Part shown: positions 9,895 through 19,900 of the stretch, piece by piece | Numbering within the stretch: position 1 is the first letter of the stretch | How the letters are laid out: every line of letters begins with the position of its first letter | Source of the DNA: Usitatibacteraceae bacterium | GTDB taxonomy: Bacteria; Pseudomonadota; Gammaproteobacteria; Burkholderiales; Usitatibacteraceae | Reading direction: 5' to 3' | Length of the DNA: 26,347 nt | Assembly: GCA_046589675.1 (NCBI GenBank) | Contig: JBKJVA010000319.1 | Span: 1-26,347, forward strand | Program-made: the position numbers and the translations under genes | Notes under the pieces: model-generated | The model's input: the letters and a program-made list of their open reading frames with translations, nothing else | Told to the model about the DNA's origin: nothing | The model's database searches: none

Positions 9895-10266
9895 TTACGC
9901 CGGCTGCGTCTCCTGCGCCGCAATTTCCGCATGTACTTTCACCATGTCGACTTCGAGCGACTTCTGCACCACCTGCTCGAAACCGGCCTTTGGCAACATA
10001 CCCGCCTGAGTAAATATAATTACCTTTTCGCGAAACACCATCAACGTGGGGATCGAGCGGATATTGAACGATGCTGCCAGCTCCTGCTGATCTTCGGTAT
10101 TGAGCTTGGCGAACACAACATTCGGATATTGCTCCGATACCGCTTCAAAGGTCGGTGCGAACATACGACAGGGGCCGCACCAGTGCGCCCAGAAGTCGAC
10201 AATGACCACATCGTTGTTTTCAATGGTCGCGTTGAAATTGTCTTTGGTAAGTTCCATAGTTGCCAT
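9895..10266 (-). CDS. trxA: Thioredoxin
   Basis: VDFWAHWCGPC active site and IRSIPTL. Start at ATG 10266 with GGAG upstream; the track extends it to 10287. Paralog identity uncertain. Confidence 0.92.
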   Translation of the reverse strand: MATMELTKDNFNATIENNDVVIVDFWAHWCGPCRMFAPTFEAVSEQYPNVVFAKLNTEDQQELAASFNIRSIPTLMVFREKVIIFTQAGMLPKAGFEQVVQKSLEVDMVKVHAEIAAQETQPA

Positions 10267-10328
10267 GTCGGTCTCCGTCCGAATCAATGATGAGTCAGCA
10301 AATGGGATCGAAGCTTATGATTTCAATA

Positions 10329-10823
10329 TCACTGCTCGAGCAACGAACGAAGCATCCAGGCCGTTTTCTCGTGCATCTGCATGCGTTGCGTCAGCAAATC
10401 TGCTGTGGGTTCATCGCTGGCCTTATCGACGACGGGGAATATTTTTCTCGCCGTGCGCGTCACCGCTTCCTGCCCTTCAACCAGCAGCCGTATCATTTGT
10501 GTCGCCTCAGGAACGCCGACCGTCTCCTTGATAGAGGAAAGTTTCGCGTACTCGGTGTAGGTGCCCGGTGCCGGGAATCCCAGCGCACGAATGCGTTCGG
10601 CGATCAGATCAACTGCCAACGCCAGTTCCGTATATTGTGTTTCGAACATGAGATGCAAAGTCTGGAACATCGGGCCTTTTACGTTCCAGTGAAAGTTGTG
10701 GGTTTTCAAATACAGCGTGTAGGTATCCGCCAGCAAATGTGAAAGTCCTTGCGCAATTTTTGCGCGATCCTTTTCGCTGATCCCCAGATCGATTGGCATG
10801 CTTGCCGCAGCTTTCTTGCCCAT
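10329..10823 (-). CDS. dps: Dps-family DNA starvation/stationary-phase ferritin-like protein
   Basis: [39 protein letters not shown] ferroxidase residues, [10 protein letters not shown]; GGGAG RBS. Confidence 0.96.
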   Translation of the reverse strand: MGKKAAASMPIDLGISEKDRAKIAQGLSHLLADTYTLYLKTHNFHWNVKGPMFQTLHLMFETQYTELALAVDLIAERIRALGFPAPGTYTEYAKLSSIKETVGVPEATQMIRLLVEGQEAVTRTARKIFPVVDKASDEPTADLLTQRMQMHEKTAWMLRSLLEQ

Positions 10824-10883
10824 GATGACTGTTACTCCCTAATAGTGAAATTGAAGTTTGCGCCGCCTTAAAGCAACGCACCA

Positions 10884-10920
10884 ATGAATATTATCTATGC
10901 AAGCCATAGTAATTAACAAT
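10884..10920. promoter_or_regulatory. Probable OxyR binding site upstream of dps
   Basis: Minus strand ATTG-N7-CTAT-N7-ATAG-N7-TCAT against the OxyR consensus ATAG-N7-CTAT-N7-ATAG-N7-CTAT: exact spacing, two tetramers perfect. Confidence 0.72.
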
Positions 10921-10931
10921 TGCGCACGGCA

Positions 10932-11504
10932 TCAGACGAGTTTTTCAATGGTCTGCGCAAGTTTTGCACCCAGGCCCGTGATCATGTTGCGAGTACGTTC
11001 GTTAGTCATATTGCCTGCCGCATCAAAAGCCTGACTGACACCAGGTACGGCCACAACGGGCAGCATGAATACGCCCAGATTCGACAGAATATAGGACACA
11101 TGCGGGAGCGCCCGGATTGTGCCGAAGGCACCATTGGACGCGCCGAGGAGCGCACCGATCTTGTTTGTGAAGGGTGCATTCCCGCTCGCGCCTTCCACCG
11201 ACTGCGACAGCCAATCGATGGTGTTCTTCAACAGCGGCGTGATCGACGCGTTGTATTCAGGACTGGCGATGAGCAATCCATTCGCCTGCATCATCAACGC
11301 ACGAAGCTTCAACATATTTTCCGGCACACCGTTGGCTTCATGCCAGTCCGCGTCATAGATTGGCATCGGGTAGTCGGCGAGATTCACCAACATCACCTTT
11401 GCGCCCGCATTGCTTGCGCCTTGTACGGCCACATTCAGCACTTTACGGTTCCACGATTGCTTGCGAGCACTACCTGCAAAAGCAAGAATATTTGCTACTG
11501 TCAT
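10932..11504 (-). CDS. NADPH-dependent FMN reductase (flavodoxin-like; ChrR/YieF/SsuE family)
   Basis: FAGSARKQSWN, ASPEYNASITPLLKNTIDWLS, GASNGAFGTIRA. Confidence 0.92.
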   Translation of the reverse strand: MTVANILAFAGSARKQSWNRKVLNVAVQGASNAGAKVMLVNLADYPMPIYDADWHEANGVPENMLKLRALMMQANGLLIASPEYNASITPLLKNTIDWLSQSVEGASGNAPFTNKIGALLGASNGAFGTIRALPHVSYILSNLGVFMLPVVAVPGVSQAFDAAGNMTNERTRNMITGLGAKLAQTIEKLV

Positions 11505-11539
11505 CCGAGTTCCATTTTCATGTTTGTTGAATTGCGGGC

Positions 11540-12472
11540 CTAAACTACTTCGGTAAGTGACCCCATTTGCCCGGTCATATAGGCTTTCTCGGCGTAGCGG
11601 ATTTGTTCGACCGAATTCATGACGAACGGTCCGTGAAATACCAGCGGCCCTTCTGCAGGCGCACCACCGAGCAGCATGATGTGGGCCAGCCGATTACCGT
11701 TATTGCCAAATGTGATCGAGTCTGACTGAGTACCGGCATTTTCGCCCGCATTATCTCTAAATATTCCTAGTTGCCCGACCCGCAGTTTCGAATCATCGCC
11801 GCCCACGGATATTTCGCCGACCATCACGTACACACCCGCTTCCATGCCAGCGGGCAACTGGCCCTGCCATTGGGCACCCGGTTGCAGCGCGACATGCCAC
11901 AAAAACAGCGGCATCAGCACCTCCGCCGGTCCGCGCAGGCCATTGCTTTCCCCTGCGATCACGCGAACAATCACACCATTTGTTTCAACCGAGGGCACAT
12001 CCTTTGCCTCGATACGCTGATAGCGGGGTGGCATCATTTTCAGCGCGCGCGGCAAACTCGTCCAGAGTTGCATGCCGTGCAGGGTGAATGCTGCTTCATT
12101 CTTGTTACCGACAGGGTCAAACGGACGCTCAGCGTGGACGATGCCGCGTCCCGACGTCATCCATTGCGCGCCACCGGCTTCCACACGGCCTTCGTGTCCG
12201 GCGGAATCGCGATGCGCCATGCCGCCTTCAAGCAGATACGTTACGGTTTCGATACCTGCATGGGGATGCGCGGGGACGCCCTGTCCACGCGGATCGGTGG
12301 GCATCGGGCCAAAATGGTCGAGAAATACCCAGGGACCAAGGGAATTCTGTTGGGGCGCGGGAAGTGCACGGCGGACTTTAAGATTGTCGCCTACGTTGGC
12401 CCATTGCGAATCGATAACGCGCGCAAATGGCTGGTTGGTTGGGGTCGTTTTCATTTTAATTTCAGTCTGCAT
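11540..12472 (-). CDS. Pirin-family bicupin protein
   Basis: LGPWVFLDHFGP, HPHAGIETVTYL, GGAQWMTSGRGIVHAE, GPFVMNS. Start is ATG 12472 or 12454; the track's 12532 overlaps the upstream pirin. Confidence 0.92.
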   Translation of the reverse strand: MQTEIKMKTTPTNQPFARVIDSQWANVGDNLKVRRALPAPQQNSLGPWVFLDHFGPMPTDPRGQGVPAHPHAGIETVTYLLEGGMAHRDSAGHEGRVEAGGAQWMTSGRGIVHAERPFDPVGNKNEAAFTLHGMQLWTSLPRALKMMPPRYQRIEAKDVPSVETNGVIVRVIAGESNGLRGPAEVLMPLFLWHVALQPGAQWQGQLPAGMEAGVYVMVGEISVGGDDSKLRVGQLGIFRDNAGENAGTQSDSITFGNNGNRLAHIMLLGGAPAEGPLVFHGPFVMNSVEQIRYAEKAYMTGQMGSLTEVV

Positions 12473-12479
12473 CAAGCAT

Positions 12480-13184
12480 TTAACCTTGCGGCAAATCGAA
12501 CACCAGCACTTCAGCGTTTTCGCCTTTCTCAATCTCGACGCGGCGCACGCCAGTCAGCTTTGCAGCGTCACCGGCAGCGAGCGATTGTCCGTTAACGCTA
12601 ACACTTCCCTGCGCAACGTGAACGTAGCACAAGCGATCATTTTCTATCGATAACGCCGCCTGCTCGGCACCGTCAAATAATCCGGCGTAGAGGCGGGCAT
12701 CCTGATGGATCACAACCGAACCATCGCGGCCATCAGGTGACCCAATCAGCCTTAATTTCCCGCGTTTGGACGCATCATTGAAATGCTTTTCTTCATACGA
12801 TGGCTCGATGCCGGTGACATTCGGCGTGATCCAAATCTGCAGAAAATGTGTTGCGCCATCCTTGGAGTGGTTGAATTCGCTGTGAGTAACCCCGGTTCCT
12901 GCGCTCATGCGCTGCACGTCACCTGGCTTGATCGCCGAGCCATTACCCATGCTGTCCTCATGCGCCAGCGCGCCATCGAGCACATAGCTGATGATCTCCA
13001 TGTCGCGATGGGCGTGCTTGCCAAAGCCCATGCCGGCGGCGACGCGATCTTCATTGATCACCCGCAGGGGCCCGAAAGACATGTGTTTGGGTTCGTAGTA
13101 GTCGGCGAATGAAAAGCTGTGATAGCTCTTGAGCCAGCCATGATCGGCGTAGCCACGCTGGTCACTCTTTCTAAGTTCAATCAT
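12480..13184 (-). CDS. yhhW: Pirin-family protein, YhhW-like (quercetin 2,3-dioxygenase-type)
   Basis: RGYADHGWLKSYHSFSFADYY, FGPLRVINEDRV, HAHRDMEIISYV, MSAGTGVTHSEFN, FLQIWI; GAGGAG RBS. Confidence 0.93.
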   Translation of the reverse strand: MIELRKSDQRGYADHGWLKSYHSFSFADYYEPKHMSFGPLRVINEDRVAAGMGFGKHAHRDMEIISYVLDGALAHEDSMGNGSAIKPGDVQRMSAGTGVTHSEFNHSKDGATHFLQIWITPNVTGIEPSYEEKHFNDASKRGKLRLIGSPDGRDGSVVIHQDARLYAGLFDGAEQAALSIENDRLCYVHVAQGSVSVNGQSLAAGDAAKLTGVRRVEIEKGENAEVLVFDLPQG

Positions 13185-13274
13185 CTTGATCTCCTCTAAT
13201 CGGCTTGATTACTAGTTGCATCGTATGTTGGACTGGACAGTGCCATTTTTCAAGCGGATAATTTTGTTCATCTT

Positions 13275-13291
13275 ATTCAAATAATTCGAAT
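13275..13291. promoter_or_regulatory. LysR-type T-N11-A recognition site (ATTC-N9-GAAT)
   Basis: ATTCAAATAATTCGAAT, an interrupted inverted repeat abutting the LysR start codon, in the usual autoregulatory position. Confidence 0.6.
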
Positions 13292-14257
13292 ATGCGACTT
13301 TCGCTCGACGCGCTGCAGGTTTTGGATGCCATTGCACGCGGCGGCTCGTTCGCGGCGGCGGCGACAGAACTTCACCGTGTGCCCTCGACCATCACCTATA
13401 CCGTTCAGCAACTGGAGCAGGATTTGGATGTGTTGCTGTTTGATCGTCGTGGACATCGCGCCAAACTCACCGCGGCCGGTTTCGAGCTGTTGACCGAAGG
13501 CCGTCAATTGCTGCGCGCCGCCACCGATCTGGAATGTCGGATCCAACAGGTGGCAAGAGGCTGGGAAACCGAACTTCGCATCGCGCTGGATACGATCATC
13601 GACCCGCAACGCTTGTTTCCTCTTCTTGCAGCGTTTGACCTGGAAGGGTCAGGCACCCGCGTCAAAATCATGACCGAGGTACTGGGCGGCAACTGGGACG
13701 CGCTGATTTCCGGGCGTGCGGATCTGGTCATCGGCGCATCCGGGGATGCACCTTCAGGCGGCGGCTTCGCGACGCTTCCACTGGGCAAACTTCAGTTTGC
13801 TTTCGTGGCGGCACCGTCCCATCCGATCTGCAAAGAGTCCCAGCCGCTTAGTGAAGCCACCATCCTCAAGTATCGCGCAGTTAGCGTGGCCGATACATCG
13901 CGCAATTTGCCGGCGCGCACCGTTGGCTTGCTGTCAGGCCAGGACGTTCTGACGATGCCGTCCATGTCCGCCAAAATCGCCGCGCATGCTGCTGGCCTTG
14001 GAGTCGGCTTTTTGCCTCTGTTGATCGCCGAACGCGAGGCGCACGCTGGCCGGGTCAAAATACTCAAGGTCGAAATCGGCAAGCCCAACGGCGAGACCGT
14101 TATTGCATGGCGACCAAATCGGACCGGCAAGGCGCTGCGCTGGTTCATCCGGCAATTTCAATTGCCCGAAACGAGCCGATCATTAATGCTGGACGACCAT
14201 CCCAACCCGGCGGGCAAGTTACAGCGTCCATCATCTGCAACGGTGAAATCGAAATGA
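13292..14257 (+). CDS. LysR-family transcriptional regulator, YhaJ-like
   Basis: HTH LDAIARGGSFAAAATELHRVPSTITYTVQQLE..L.VLLFDRRGHRAKLT; ARGWETELRIALD and EVLGGNWDAL; divergent from a pirin as in yhaJ/yhaK. Confidence 0.93.
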   Translation: MRLSLDALQVLDAIARGGSFAAAATELHRVPSTITYTVQQLEQDLDVLLFDRRGHRAKLTAAGFELLTEGRQLLRAATDLECRIQQVARGWETELRIALDTIIDPQRLFPLLAAFDLEGSGTRVKIMTEVLGGNWDALISGRADLVIGASGDAPSGGGFATLPLGKLQFAFVAAPSHPICKESQPLSEATILKYRAVSVADTSRNLPARTVGLLSGQDVLTMPSMSAKIAAHAAGLGVGFLPLLIAEREAHAGRVKILKVEIGKPNGETVIAWRPNRTGKALRWFIRQFQLPETSRSLMLDDHPNPAGKLQRPSSATVKSK

Positions 14258-14532
14258 CGCACAATCGCGCTGAGCGGGATCGGCTCATAGACGTGCGGAA
14301 AAACGCCCGATCCGGTCAGGTCCTCGCGCACCAGCGCCGCGCCAAGCACGATGTCATCAATTTCCAGCAACACCAGCGCCGTATTTCCCGCGTAGTATTT
14401 TCGTGCGGTTCGCGCTACTTGATGCTGCTCGGAGCAGTGGATAAACCCCTCGTCCGCCAAGTCGTCGCTTGCGAAGATCCCTTCACGTTGAGCACGGATC
14501 CAGTCGGCTGGTTCGGCAATACGATAAATCAT
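14158..14532 (-). CDS. DUF952-family protein
   Basis: IYRIA...W, DEGFIHCSEQHQV..TA.KYY, LVLLEID, FPHVYEPIPLSAIV. Confidence 0.88.
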   Translation of the reverse strand: MIYRIAEPADWIRAQREGIFASDDLADEGFIHCSEQHQVARTARKYYAGNTALVLLEIDDIVLGAALVREDLTGSGVFPHVYEPIPLSAIVRHFDFTVADDGRCNLPAGLGWSSSINDRLVSGN

Positions 14533-14564
14533 GGGGTAAGTTCCAATTGTCGGTCTGAAATATT

Positions 14565-15467
14565 ATGGGCTATGTAGGTCGCTTCGCGCCCTCACCTACC
14601 GGCGCGCTTCATTTCGGCTCGCTCGTCGCTGCGCTCGCCAGCTATCTCGACGCCAAGGCCCACGATGGCAAATGGGTAGTACGCATCGAAGATATCGACG
14701 AGACGCGTTGCAACCCGGCGTTCACTGCAGAAATCCTGCATGCATTGCAAGCTTTCGGATTGCACTGGGACGGCGAGGTTGAAATACAAAGCACACGCAA
14801 ATCTCTTTACGACGTGGCACTCCAAAAACTGCGTTCACGCGGACTCACCTATGCCTGCACCTGCTCTCGCAAGGAAATTGCCGACTCCGCGCTGGCCGGA
14901 CTGGAGGGCCCCGTGTATCCGGGCACCTGCCGCACGGCCGGGCATGCCGAGGACGGCACTGCGATCCGGGTACGCACTACCAACCGGATCATTGCGTTTT
15001 CGGACTTGGTGCAAGGCGACATTGCACAGCGCATCGAGCAGGAAATAGGCGACTTTGTGATCAAACGTCGCGATGGATTATTTGCTTACCAGCTTGCCGT
15101 GGTGGTCGACGACGCCGAGCAGGGTATCACTCACGTCGTCCGCGGTGCCGATCTGCTCGATTCAACGGCACGGCAAATACATTTACAACACCTGCTCGGT
15201 TATCCCAAGCCGCAGTACCTGCATGTTCCGATTGCGGTCAACGCGCTTGACCAAAAACTCTCCAAGCAAACACTCGCCATTGCCGTTTCGACCTCGAGCG
15301 ACTCCACGCACGGCATGCTGCTAGCCGCGCTGCGTTTCCTCGGACAATCGACTGCAAATGTGGAAAAATCCCTGCCCGCTGGAGAGTTTCTCGCATTGGC
15401 CACCCAAAACTGGCAGCGTGGCAGTATTCCGCGCCAACGGACTAGGCAGGTCAATCCCGCGCCATGA
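14565..15467 (+). CDS. gluQ: tRNA glutamyl-Q(34) synthetase GluQRS
   Basis: GRFAPSPTGALHFGSL (HIGH variant), RIEDID, Zn site CTCSRKE...YPGTC, VVRGADLLDST, KLSKQ (KMSKS variant); 300 aa with no anticodon-binding domain. Confidence 0.96.
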   Translation: MGYVGRFAPSPTGALHFGSLVAALASYLDAKAHDGKWVVRIEDIDETRCNPAFTAEILHALQAFGLHWDGEVEIQSTRKSLYDVALQKLRSRGLTYACTCSRKEIADSALAGLEGPVYPGTCRTAGHAEDGTAIRVRTTNRIIAFSDLVQGDIAQRIEQEIGDFVIKRRDGLFAYQLAVVVDDAEQGITHVVRGADLLDSTARQIHLQHLLGYPKPQYLHVPIAVNALDQKLSKQTLAIAVSTSSDSTHGMLLAALRFLGQSTANVEKSLPAGEFLALATQNWQRGSIPRQRTRQVNPAP

Positions 15468-15645
15468 ATGTCGGCAAGTCAAATAGTGACACCAACATCC
15501 CCCAATCAGGTGCTTTTAACTGCACTTCATCGGCGTAAACTCCGCTCGATAATTCTGATTTCGCGTTTCGTCGCATCCAATTGGTAATTCGTCCTGGATA
15601 AGCGCACATTGCGCAAGTCGAATGGAACTTTCACTAAAGGCTGCC

Positions 15646-16884
15646 ATGTTATTCCAACGCTCCTCATCCTCCAGTCACCCCGGCGGCTCGTTGCGCCGTC
15701 AGGGCTGGGTAAAGCTTACCGTCGCGGGACTATCCGCTGCGCTCATCATTGGCTCGCTGGTCGCGTGGCGAGTCAGTTCTGCCGTAAAAGACGAGAAAAA
15801 ACCTGTGGCAAATAAGGTATTTGAACTTTCTGCCAGCGACGTTGCGATACTGGCCCCGCAAAATCTTGGCCTGGTGATACCTGTTTCCGGCTCGGTGCGC
15901 CCGGTATTGCAGGCGATGGTGAAATCGAAAGTATCAGGGGAAGTCTCGAAAATGCACGTGCGCGAGGGGGAACAGGTGGCCGCAGGTCAGATTCTGGCAT
16001 CAATCGATGCGGCTGATTTAAGGGCCCGCCACGATACCCAACTGGCCATGGTTGCGGAGAGCCGTGCAAAACTCGATCTTGCGCGTAAGAATGAGCAAAA
16101 CAACCGCGCATTGTTGGCCAAGAACTTCATCTCGCAGACGGCGTTTGATAACGTCGCCAGCGGCCTCGAAGTGTCCGAGTCAAATCTCAAATTCACCACT
16201 GCACAAGCTGCCATTAGCCAAAGAGCCCTCGCGGATGCCCAGATTCGCGCACCGTTTGCAGGCATCGTTGCCAAGCGCGTGGTGAATATCGGCGAGAAGG
16301 TCAGCGCGGATGCACCGGTCATGCATATTGTCGACCTGTCGCGCATGGAGCTCGAAGCGCCAGTACCGGTATCCGACATTCCGAGTGTGAAAGTGGGACA
16401 GGAAATCGTGTTCAAGGTCGATGGATTCAGCGAGCGTGAGTTTAAGGGCAATGTCGAGCGCGTTAATCCTGCAACCGAAGCGGGCTCGCGGTCGATCTCA
16501 ATATTTGTCGCGATAGCGAACAAGGATGGCGCGCTCAAAGGAGGCATGTTCGCCAATGGCACCTTAGCTGCTGCCAGCCGTTCGACAGTCAACGCCATTC
16601 CGATTGCCGCCCTGATCTCCGAAGGTGGCCAGTCGTTCGTCTATACACTGAAAGACGGCAAAGTTGAAAGAAAACCTGTCACAGCCGGAAGTCGCAGCGT
16701 GGAATTGGGGCTCATTGAAGTACGCGATGGCCTGCCCCTTGGCGCACAAGTCATTACCGTGAAAGCCGATGGCCTGAAGCACGGCGCGAGTGTCGTGGTC
16801 AGGGCACCATCAACAGCGCCTGCGGTGAAGCCTGCGGCCAACCCGAGGACATCGTCCGACGGAACGTCAGTTGCCAAGTACTAG
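15646..16884 (+). CDS. RND efflux periplasmic adaptor (membrane fusion protein)
   Basis: N-terminal hydrophobic anchor, lipoyl halves VKSKVSGEVSKMHVREGEQV and IRAPFAGIVAKRVVNIGEKV flanking a coiled hairpin. Start at ATG 15646 (AAGG RBS) or 15622. Confidence 0.93.
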   Translation: MLFQRSSSSSHPGGSLRRQGWVKLTVAGLSAALIIGSLVAWRVSSAVKDEKKPVANKVFELSASDVAILAPQNLGLVIPVSGSVRPVLQAMVKSKVSGEVSKMHVREGEQVAAGQILASIDAADLRARHDTQLAMVAESRAKLDLARKNEQNNRALLAKNFISQTAFDNVASGLEVSESNLKFTTAQAAISQRALADAQIRAPFAGIVAKRVVNIGEKVSADAPVMHIVDLSRMELEAPVPVSDIPSVKVGQEIVFKVDGFSEREFKGNVERVNPATEAGSRSISIFVAIANKDGALKGGMFANGTLAAASRSTVNAIPIAALISEGGQSFVYTLKDGKVERKPVTAGSRSVELGLIEVRDGLPLGAQVITVKADGLKHGASVVVRAPSTAPAVKPAANPRTSSDGTSVAKY

Positions 16885-16956
16885 TACCGTTTCAGCGGCC
16901 CCCGCCGCGTCGGCTTCCATCCCAGCAAAAACCCGGCACTATCGCGAGGAGCGGTC

Positions 16957-19900
16957 ATGAGAATTACCCAGATCAGCGTCAACAATCCGGTCTTTGCCAC
17001 CATGATGATGGTGGGCATCGTCGTCATGGGCCTGTTCGCCTATCAGCGGCTGTCTGTCGACCAGATGCCAGACATCACCTTCCCGTTCGTCCAAGTGCAA
17101 ACCTCCTACCCGGGCGCGTCTTCGGAAGCGGTGATGCAGGATGTCACCCGGCCCATCGAGGAGGCGATCAATACCATCAGCGGGATCAAGAGTATTCGTT
17201 CATTCTCCCGCGAGGGGTTCTCACGCGTGATGGTCGAATTCGAACTTAAGATCGACGTGAAGACGGCCGTACAAGACGTGCGCGACAAAGTCGCTGGTGT
17301 ACGGCGCGGCTTTAATAAAGATGTGGGCGAACCTACCGTCACCCGTGCTGACAACGACAACGATCGGCCCATCATGTACTTGTCGATGAAAAGCCCCGCC
17401 CGTTCGCTACGAGAACTTTCTGACCTCGCCGATCAATTAGTCGTGAAACGTCTGCAAGGCTCCTACGGTGTCGGCACCATTGAAGTCTCCGGGTCCGTGC
17501 AACGCGAGATGGCGATCCGTCTTAATACCGACAAAATGGCAGCATACGGCGTGAGCGTCGACCAAGTCGTGGGTGCGATCCGCAGTCAGAACCAGAATCA
17601 GGCTGCTGGTTTCCTGGTCGGCGACCGCTCTGAGCGCCTGGTACGGGTGCAGGGGAAATTCAAGGATGCGAGCGATTTTGAGCGCGTCATCGTTGCCCGA
17701 CTCGGCAGCGCGGGAAACAATGCACCAGTAACGTTGGGCATGGTCGCCAGCGTGCGCGATACCGAACGTGAAGAGACCACACTATCAACCACAAACGGCA
17801 CGCGCGGCATTTCGATCGAAATTCGCAAAACCCGTGGCGCAAATACGCTGGAAGCTGCCGAATCGATTCGAAATAATATCGCCAACCTCAAGAAGACCCT
17901 GCCTCCCGATTTGGCTTTGGACATTACATTTGATCAGTCTAAATTTATCAAGCAAGGCGTCGACAACGTCAAAAATACCATTCTCGAAGGCGCAGGCCTG
18001 ACCGTACTGATTGTATTTCTATTCCTGCAGTCGTGGCGCTCCACCGTCATCACCGGCCTCACCATTCCCATTTCGGTGTTGGCGACATTCATCGCTTTAT
18101 ACGCTTTTGGCTTCTCAATAAATTTCCTCACGCTGATGGCGTTATCGCTGTCGATCGGAATCCTCATCGACGACGCGATTGTCGTCCGCGAAAACATCGT
18201 CCGTCACCTGGCAATGGGCAAGAGCCACTTTCAGGCTTCACTCGAGGCCACACAGGAAATCGGCCTCGCCGTGATGGCAACGACTTTCACCATCGTCGCG
18301 GTGTTCTTGCCGGTGGCATTCATGGGCGGCATCATCGGCTTATTCTTCTTTCAATTCGGTATAGCGGTCACGGTTGCGGTACTGGTCTCGCTGTTTGTTT
18401 CCTTTACCCTCGACCCGATGCTTTCTGCGGTTTGGCATGACGGGCCGTCATTCATCAATCGCGTGAAGCCTATCAAGTGGACCCTCGACAAGCAGGCGGC
18501 AATGATGGATTGGCTGCACGCAAAGTACGACAAGGTATTGCGCTGGACCTTCCGGCCGGAATATCGCCGCACGTGGATTCCCAAACCAAAGCCGATTGAA
18601 CTCGCGCTGTTCGTGGCTGGGTACGTGAGGCTCACAAAGCGTGTGCAGCCGAAATGGGAATTCTTCACGATTCGCAATCGAGGCATCGTGTTGTGGGTCG
18701 CCGCTTTCACATTTTTCGCCAGCTTCGCGCTAATACCGTTCCTCGGTTCTGAATTCATCCCGGAAGCCGATGAGAACTGGGCCAATGCCAGTATTCAAAC
18801 ACCGATCGGATCGTCGCTGAACTACACCATCGGCAAAGCGGAGCAGGTCGAAGCGGCGCTGCGTGAGTTTTCAGAGATTAAGCGCGTGTCGCGCAATGTA
18901 TGGAAAAACGGCGCCTGGTTTGGTCTGGAATTGACCGACAAAGAAGACCGCGCCCGCTCTAAAAAGCAACTTGATGACGCGATCCGCAAACGGCTATCGA
19001 CCATTGCAGGTCTCGAAGTGCGGGTGGGCTGGAATCGCCCTATTCAGATATTTGTGATGGGGCCGGAGATTCGTGAGCTCGATCGTATTTCCCAGGAGGT
19101 CGTCTCCAAGCTTAAAGCTATCAAAGGCACGGTCGATGTCGAGAGTTCTTACAAGCCAACCAGCCCGACGCTCGACATCACCATCAATCGTGAACTCGCA
19201 AGCGACCTGGGCGTCTCGATGTCTTCGGTCGTGTCCACCACCCGCGCCATGATCGCAGGTGAGGATGCCGGTCAATGGGAGGGCCCGGACGGCGAAAACC
19301 ATCAAGTGCTGGTGCGTCTGCCAAAAAACGAGCGTACCGGCGTTGCCGACCTCGACAAGATTTATCTCCCCAGTTCCCGCACCAATGCCGACGGCAGCCC
19401 GCGCATGGTGCCGCTGCGCCAGATTGCTGACTTCAAACCTGCCTTCGCCGAACGCCAGATCGAGCGACGCAATCTTCAGCGACTGGTGCAGGTATGGTCG
19501 GGTGTCGCGTCAACGCACACGGCAGGCGCGGTGTCTGGCGACGTGCAAAAGGCACTCAAGGAAATCGCCTTACCCCCGGGATATCAATTCCAGTTTGGCG
19601 GCTCATCTCAGGAAATGGCCGATTCGCTCGGCTATGCGATCGCCGCACTGAGCCTTGCGGTAATCTTTATTTATCTCATCCTTGCTTCTCAGTTTGGCAG
19701 CTTCCTGCAACCAATCGCCATCATGGCCTCCCTTCCGCTTTCGTTGATCGGGGTACTTCTGTCACTGCTACTTTTCAAATCGACACTCAACCTGTTTTCG
19801 GTCATCGGCTTCATCATGTTGATGGGCCTCGTAACCAAGAACGCCATCCTGCTGGTGGACTTCACAAACCACGGACGCCGCGAAGGCATGGAGCGTGACG

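Noticed and set aside
6598-10290. + strand ORFs opposite putA and thioredoxin (e.g. 8125..8751, 9164..10009, 9811..10290)
   Set aside because: Shadow frames of GC-rich genes; no recognisable domains or RBS.
12473-12532. N-terminal extension of the second pirin given by the ORF track
   Set aside because: Overlaps the upstream pirin's coding end; downstream ATGs fit the family start.
10920-13112. + strand ORFs 10920..11543, 11771..12595, 12072..12653, 12783..13112
   Set aside because: Antisense to the well-supported FMN reductase and pirin genes.
15548-15566. Possible Fur box upstream of the RND adaptor
   Set aside because: Only 9 of 19 positions match GATAATGATAATCATTATC; GATAAT is more likely a -10.
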